From assembly GCA_004213235.1 (NCBI GenBank), contig SHAI01000001.1, positions 1 to 31,985 of the forward strand: a DNA stretch of 31,985 nt, in the 5' to 3' direction. Below, in pieces: positions 27,297-31,985 of this stretch. The position numbers and the translations under genes were made by a program. The notes below the pieces were generated by a model. That model was not told the DNA's origin. It saw nothing but the letters and a program-made list of their open reading frames with translations, and did no database searches. The DNA comes from Parvularculaceae bacterium (lineage in GTDB: Bacteria; Pseudomonadota; Alphaproteobacteria; Caulobacterales; Parvularculaceae). How positions within the stretch are numbered: position 1 is the first letter of the stretch; the number at the start of each line of letters is the position of its first letter.

Positions 27297-29570
27297 GTGC
27301 GTAAATTTTCATTCCCTCATCGTGTCGGATGGACGGCGGTTATCCCCCAGCTGATTATGGGACTCGTGGTCAGTGTTCTCGCCCTGACAACTCTCGGCGA
27401 CGCGCAAACCCGCGCCGGTGGCCCCCGCGAAAAGCTTTTTGATTTTTATCAACGCCTGATCCCCCAGGACAGTCACGGATTATCGCCGTTTCACATTGTG
27501 GAAATCGATCATGAAAGCATCCAGCGCATTGGGCCCTGGCCATGGCCGCGCTCTGTCATTGCTGAATTGGTCGACAATGCGGCAGCGGCGGGTGCAACGG
27601 GGGTCATTTATGTTGAGCCTGTCGATACGCCGGACCCATTATCGACAACGACCATCACAAACTTCTGGTTGGAAGGTGCGCGCGGGCAAAAACTTGCCGA
27701 TGAATTCGCAGCACTGCCAAGCACCGATGAAACTCTGGCAAAAGCACTTAACGCCGCCAATGGTGCATTCGCCATTGACCCAGCGCCACCTGCTTTCCAA
27801 CTCGGTCAGCTATCCCTGGGCCAGCTTTCCCTCGATAAAGCGGCATTGCCAGCTGACAATATCACCATGCTGGATACGCCAAATGGCGCAACGCAGTACA
27901 TCTCCCTGCCAATCTCGAAGCCACGCTTTGGTGTCAACGAGGCAATGAACACTGCGGCTCAACTAAGTGTTACCACCCTGCCGCTGGACGGCGACGGGGT
28001 ATTCCGCGCGGCACCGCTCTTGTGGTCTGTGGATGGGACAGCAAAACCGTCAATTGCCCTCCAAGCGGCACGGCTTGCCAACAAGGAATCACACTTCACT
28101 GTCCTACATAACAGCGCAGCCATGACGGACAACGACCAAATTGTGCGCGCTATAAAACTAGGTGCGAAAACGCTACCCGTTGACCAATTTACCCGTGCGG
28201 CGGTTCTCTGGCCGCAACGCCCTATGCCCACGGCAACCGCTGCTTGGCGCCTGCACACCGCAGCTACGTCAAACACACACCTGGCCGGCAAAGTTGTCCT
28301 CATCGGCCGCGATACCAAAACCGGTGCGGCCATCCCCACACCGAATGGCGCGTTATCACCAGCAGCACTCCATACAACAATTGCGGAGCAAATCCTGCAA
28401 GGTGCGGTTCAAAATCGCCCGATATGGATGGGATATATCGAAGCGCTTAGCGTTATCGCGCTTGGCATGATCGTTATAATTTTTACACGAAGTATTTCAT
28501 TTTGGTATACTCTTGGGCTCGCCGCATTGGGCGCTATCGTGCTGTTTCTTTTTTCCGGCGGTCTGCTTTACGTATCAAATTATGTTTTTGATCCACTGCC
28601 GGGGGCGCTGGCTCTCGGTCTTGGTGCACTTTCTGCTGCTGGCGGGGGATCCTTCGGCGCGGCGTTTTCTGATGAGCAGCTCCGCAATAATTTCAAACTT
28701 ACACTGCCAGAACAGACTTTAAAAAAGATTCGCGAAGACGGTCCGAAATCCATTTTGGATGGTTCGCGGCGGGAAATTACCATCTTGGCCTGCGAACTGA
28801 CGCTGCTTGATGAGGATCTTCAGTGTTTCGCGGGCAAGCCTGGGGCAGTAACGTCCATGGTCGCGAGCGCATGTCAATCCGTACGCCAAGCGATCGTTGA
28901 AATGGGCGGCGCAACGGACCAGTCAGACGGCGGCAAGGTGTTTGGCTATTTTAATGCACCATTTGAAACAGCTGACCATGTCAAAGCGGCGTGCCTGTCT
29001 GCGCTTCGCCTTATCGAGCTCATGGACAAGATTAACGCTCAGATTGACAGTGGGCGCTCCGAGCATGACATCCGCCTTCACCTCGCCATTGGGATAAGTA
29101 GCGGAGAATGTCTCGTCGGACCGATGGGACATGGGCGGACGAATAGATATTCCGCCATCGGCGAACCGATGCGCATGGCATCATTCCTTTCCCGGCAGGC
29201 GGCGTATTATGGGCCTGCAATCATTGTCAATGACGAAATCTTCCGCAGTATGCGGCACAATTTTGCATTTCTGGAACTTGATCGCGTGCAACCACGCGGC
29301 CGCGCCCGTTCTTCTGCCATTCATGCTTTGGTCGGAAGTCCGTTCTTGAAATCTGGAAAGTCATTCCGTGCACTGGACGAAGCCCATAGAGACATGCTCG
29401 CGGCATATCGCGCTGGTGAACTTGAAAAAGCAGAGCAAACCCTCGCGCAGATACGCGACCTGCCAGGGTCAAACATCGCTCTTTTCGACATTTACGAGCA
29501 GCGCATAAAAGACGCGCAGGAAAACGGCCTGCCAGTTCCTGAAAACGGCGCAACACCGGTCACAATCTAA
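27297..29570 (+). CDS. CHASE2-domain class III nucleotide cyclase-like protein, predicted catalytically inactive
   Basis: HIVEIDHESIQRIGPWPWPRSVIAELV (CHASE2), PLDGDGVFR, three TM helices, then a cyclase-homology region RREITIL...YFNAP...IGISSGECLVGPMG...YSAIG. Start uncertain: GTG 27297 after GGAG; alternatives ATG 27245 and 27356. Confidence 0.88.
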   Translation: MRKFSFPHRVGWTAVIPQLIMGLVVSVLALTTLGDAQTRAGGPREKLFDFYQRLIPQDSHGLSPFHIVEIDHESIQRIGPWPWPRSVIAELVDNAAAAGATGVIYVEPVDTPDPLSTTTITNFWLEGARGQKLADEFAALPSTDETLAKALNAANGAFAIDPAPPAFQLGQLSLGQLSLDKAALPADNITMLDTPNGATQYISLPISKPRFGVNEAMNTAAQLSVTTLPLDGDGVFRAAPLLWSVDGTAKPSIALQAARLANKESHFTVLHNSAAMTDNDQIVRAIKLGAKTLPVDQFTRAAVLWPQRPMPTATAAWRLHTAATSNTHLAGKVVLIGRDTKTGAAIPTPNGALSPAALHTTIAEQILQGAVQNRPIWMGYIEALSVIALGMIVIIFTRSISFWYTLGLAALGAIVLFLFSGGLLYVSNYVFDPLPGALALGLGALSAAGGGSFGAAFSDEQLRNNFKLTLPEQTLKKIREDGPKSILDGSRREITILACELTLLDEDLQCFAGKPGAVTSMVASACQSVRQAIVEMGGATDQSDGGKVFGYFNAPFETADHVKAACLSALRLIELMDKINAQIDSGRSEHDIRLHLAIGISSGECLVGPMGHGRTNRYSAIGEPMRMASFLSRQAAYYGPAIIVNDEIFRSMRHNFAFLELDRVQPRGRARSSAIHALVGSPFLKSGKSFRALDEAHRDMLAAYRAGELEKAEQTLAQIRDLPGSNIALFDIYEQRIKDAQENGLPVPENGATPVTI

Positions 29571-29634
29571 ACCACTGCCACTGGCCTTACATTGATGTTT
29601 CGTTGGGAGCATGGGCGCGCCTGGGCCCACCAAG

Positions 29635-30375
29635 CTACCGCGCAGCTATTTTGGAAATATCCTGCACGGAAGTTTGGCCATTCTGGGGCCGCGCACTTGC
29701 CGAAAATAATGATCTGCCGGTTGCAGCGTCTGCGTAATCGTCTGCAAGATGCGACATGCGCGAGACCGCCGCATCAAAGCGTCCACGCAAGCTCAATGCG
29801 GTTAATTCCCGCTCCACTGCGTCACCGGCAAGACGTTTGGTGGTTGTCAGATAAACGGACTTAGACCGCTGCAATTGTTGTATCGCGCTTTCCAGCACCC
29901 CCACGTCGGAGAAGTTTGGCTGCGCACGCTCCAATGCGAGTGATGCGACCTGGGTAAGTCGCTCCGCCTTCTCCAATGTTTCGTCAGCATCCGCCAACAA
30001 ACGCTGCAAGGGCGCATCTTCTTGTTGTAAGGTTCGGTAATATGCGTCGCCAGCAAGCGCTGCGGTATCGCCAGCTGATGCAGGGCCGCGCCCGATAAGG
30101 CGCCCGATCAAACTCGAGCGTTTGCGCGACGGCCAGTTGGTTCGCTGGAGATCAGCAGCTGCAATCTGGATTTCCCCAAAATGATCTGCCCTTTCACCGC
30201 CCTGGTTAGCCCCGAATGATGCCCCCTTCGGCACCGTACCGGTTGAACACCCGGCACCGACAGCGACGATCATCGCCGCAATACATGCCTGGCGGAGAGA
30301 GACTGACTTGTTCTTGTCTTTTTGGAAATTTGACAACCCCAAGGGCCTATTCAACGCAACTGCCCGTTTCACCAT
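29635..30375 (-). CDS. Hypothetical protein, probable lipoprotein with helical C-terminal region
   Basis: Long ORF filling the gap; hydrophobic stretch ending GAGC (lipobox-like); no family recognised; start uncertain. Confidence 0.6.
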   Translation of the reverse strand: MVKRAVALNRPLGLSNFQKDKNKSVSLRQACIAAMIVAVGAGCSTGTVPKGASFGANQGGERADHFGEIQIAAADLQRTNWPSRKRSSLIGRLIGRGPASAGDTAALAGDAYYRTLQQEDAPLQRLLADADETLEKAERLTQVASLALERAQPNFSDVGVLESAIQQLQRSKSVYLTTTKRLAGDAVERELTALSLRGRFDAAVSRMSHLADDYADAATGRSLFSASARPQNGQTSVQDISKIAAR

Positions 30376-30488
30376 TATTCCCTTACAACACACCCAATTT
30401 TATCCAACCAAACCTAAGGAGTTGGATTAATCTGCGCGGACAGCCACCCAATCCGTGCATCTTTGCTCTTCAAAGCAAAATGTACCTT

Positions 30489-30522
30489 TCCATCCACGCA
30501 TCAAATCCATCCACGCATCAAA
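30489..30522 (+). repeat. 2 x 17 bp tandem duplication (TCCATCCACGCATCAAA)
   Basis: Read directly in the divergent lipoprotein/pip spacer. Confidence 0.9.
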
Positions 30523-30661
30523 TCATCAAGCGCCGCGTATGGTTAAAAACGTGGCAAGCGTGTAGGAAGCTTGAACACCGCGTTTGAAACTTGTCTTCGA
30601 TGCGCTCCACTACCCACAATAATACCCATAGCACGAAAACACCGTCAGAGTCAGCTTGCTT

Positions 30662-31618
30662 ATGTCCAGAAATATTGAACTTTATCCGCCAATCGACCCG
30701 TACGAGACCGGCATGCTGGCCGTTTCGGACCTTCATACAATCTATTACGAAGTATCTGGCAACCCGAAGGGGAAACCTGTTGTCGTATGCCATGGCGGGC
30801 CGGGCGGCGGATCGACCCCTCCCATGCGGCGCTATTTTGACCCCGCCCGCTACCGGATTATTTTATTTGACCAGCGCGGCTGCGGGCGCTCCACCCCGAA
30901 GGCAGAATTACGCGAGAACGATACCTGGTCACTCGTCGACGATATGGAACGCCTACGAATCAAATTGGGCATTGAGAAATGGCAGGTTTTTGGCGGCTCA
31001 TGGGGCTCCACATTGTCCTTGACCTATGCACAAAAGCACCCTGACCGGGTGACCGAGCTGGTATTACGGGGAATTTTCATGCTCCGCCGATCCGAGCTTT
31101 TATGGTTTTACCAGGAAGGCGCGAGCTGGATATATCCTGATGCTTGGGAAGCATTCATTGCACCCATCCCCGAAGCAGAACGCGGCGACTTGATGGCGGC
31201 CTATTACAAACGCCTGACGGGAAACGACGTCGCAACGCGAAACGCCTGCGCGAGCGCATGGAGCGTCTGGGAAGGTGGTACCGTTTCCATGGCTCCCTCG
31301 ACAGAACGTATGCAGAGTTTCGCTACTGAAGCATTCGCCGTGGCCTTCGCCCGCATTGAAAGCCATTATTTTGTCAATGGCGGGTTCTTTGACACCGATG
31401 ATCAAATTCTCCGCGAGATTGACCGTATTCGACATATCCCGGCAACAATCGTTCAAGGACGCTATGATGTCGTGACACCAATGAAGTCAGCCTGGGAATT
31501 ACACCGCGCTTGGCCGGAGGCTGATTTCCAGGTCATTCCGGATGCAGGCCACGCGGCGAGCGAACCTGGCATCATAAGCGAACTGGTCCGTGCAACGGAT
31601 AAATACGCCGCTGGATAA
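30662..31618 (+). CDS. pip: Proline iminopeptidase
   Basis: LYPPIDPY, HGGPGGG, FDQRGCGRSTP, VFGGSWGST (nucleophile Ser), VQGRYDVVTP, DAGHAASEPG. Confidence 0.97.
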   Translation: MSRNIELYPPIDPYETGMLAVSDLHTIYYEVSGNPKGKPVVVCHGGPGGGSTPPMRRYFDPARYRIILFDQRGCGRSTPKAELRENDTWSLVDDMERLRIKLGIEKWQVFGGSWGSTLSLTYAQKHPDRVTELVLRGIFMLRRSELLWFYQEGASWIYPDAWEAFIAPIPEAERGDLMAAYYKRLTGNDVATRNACASAWSVWEGGTVSMAPSTERMQSFATEAFAVAFARIESHYFVNGGFFDTDDQILREIDRIRHIPATIVQGRYDVVTPMKSAWELHRAWPEADFQVIPDAGHAASEPGIISELVRATDKYAAG

Positions 31619-31627
31619 TCTCATCTT

Positions 31628-31651
31628 CCGGCATGGGGCGTGACATGCCGG
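31628..31651. terminator. GC-rich hairpin between convergent pip and arsC (possible terminator)
   Basis: CCGGCATG-N8-CATGCCGG perfect 8 bp stem; no clear U-tract. Confidence 0.4.
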
Positions 31652-31658
31652 GGATCAC

Positions 31659-31985
31659 CTACAAAATATCGAGCACGGCTTCTGGTGGGCGCCCGATCGC
31701 TGCCCCTTTATGCGTGAGAACTATCGGGCGCTCGATGAGGATCGGATTGTCGGTCATTATTTGAACAAGATCCGCTTCGGTATGACCTGCAGCGTCCAAA
31801 CCGAGATCCTTATATTTTGCTTCTTTTCTGCGCATCAGTTCGCGCGGTGACATATCCAGCTTCACCAGGATGTCCCGCAACACCGATACGCTTGGCGGTG
31901 ATTTCAGATACTCAACAATATCTGGCTCAATGCCCCTCTCCCGCAAAAGTTCCAATGTCTGACGTGATTTGGAACAGCGCGGATT
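31659..31985 (-). CDS. arsC: Arsenate reductase, glutaredoxin-dependent ArsC family, 5' partial
   Basis: Frame is open to the window edge: NPRCSKSRQTLELL, VEYLKSPP, ELMRRKE, NPILIERPIV, AAIGRPPE. Confidence 0.9.
   Translation of the reverse strand, partial: NPRCSKSRQTLELLRERGIEPDIVEYLKSPPSVSVLRDILVKLDMSPRELMRRKEAKYKDLGLDAAGHTEADLVQIMTDNPILIERPIVLTHKGAAIGRPPEAVLDIL

Noticed and set aside
31659-31985. Arsenic resistance island
   Set aside because: Only a lone arsC is visible, convergent with pip; no arsR, arsB or acr3 in the window. The upstream context is cut off, so it cannot be supported.

Overview
Core-chromosome segment of an alphaproteobacterium (Caulobacterales/Parvularculales-like is my inference from gene order and protein style). 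It contains no mobile element, rRNA, tRNA or CRISPR array that I can support. Gene order: RNase E (5' partial), BepA-like M48 protease, DsbA-like oxidoreductase, thiG-thiS (minus), aroQ-accB-accC-aat, DUF2155 and NDUFA12-like genes (minus), class II ribonucleotide reductase nrdJ, then a minus-strand trio (lytic transglycosylase, thiO, orphan holin-like gene), a degenerate CPA antiporter, isovaleryl-CoA dehydrogenase, a bacterial voltage-gated channel, a TipN-like coiled-coil protein, an mlaE-mlaF-mlaD-pqiC-type operon, a CHASE2 cyclase-like protein, a putative lipoprotein, pip and arsC (5' partial). Most notable observations: (1) aroQ is missing from the ORF track and has no ATG/GTG/TTG, apparently starting at ATT behind a strong Shine-Dalgarno; (2) the channel has a TLEGW filter like the native prokaryotic Ca2+ channel CavMr rather than TLESW; (3) the CHASE2 cyclase has lost all canonical catalytic residues and sits behind a near-consensus sigma54 promoter; (4) the antiporter has lost its TD, ND and GPRG motifs but keeps an intact frame; (5) a phage-type holin-like gene is co-oriented with a signal-less lytic transglycosylase in a prophage-free context; (6) several short tandem repeats, including an 8 x 15 bp array that matches the last codons of the pqiC-type gene. 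All family assignments come from motif recognition by eye; no searches were run.
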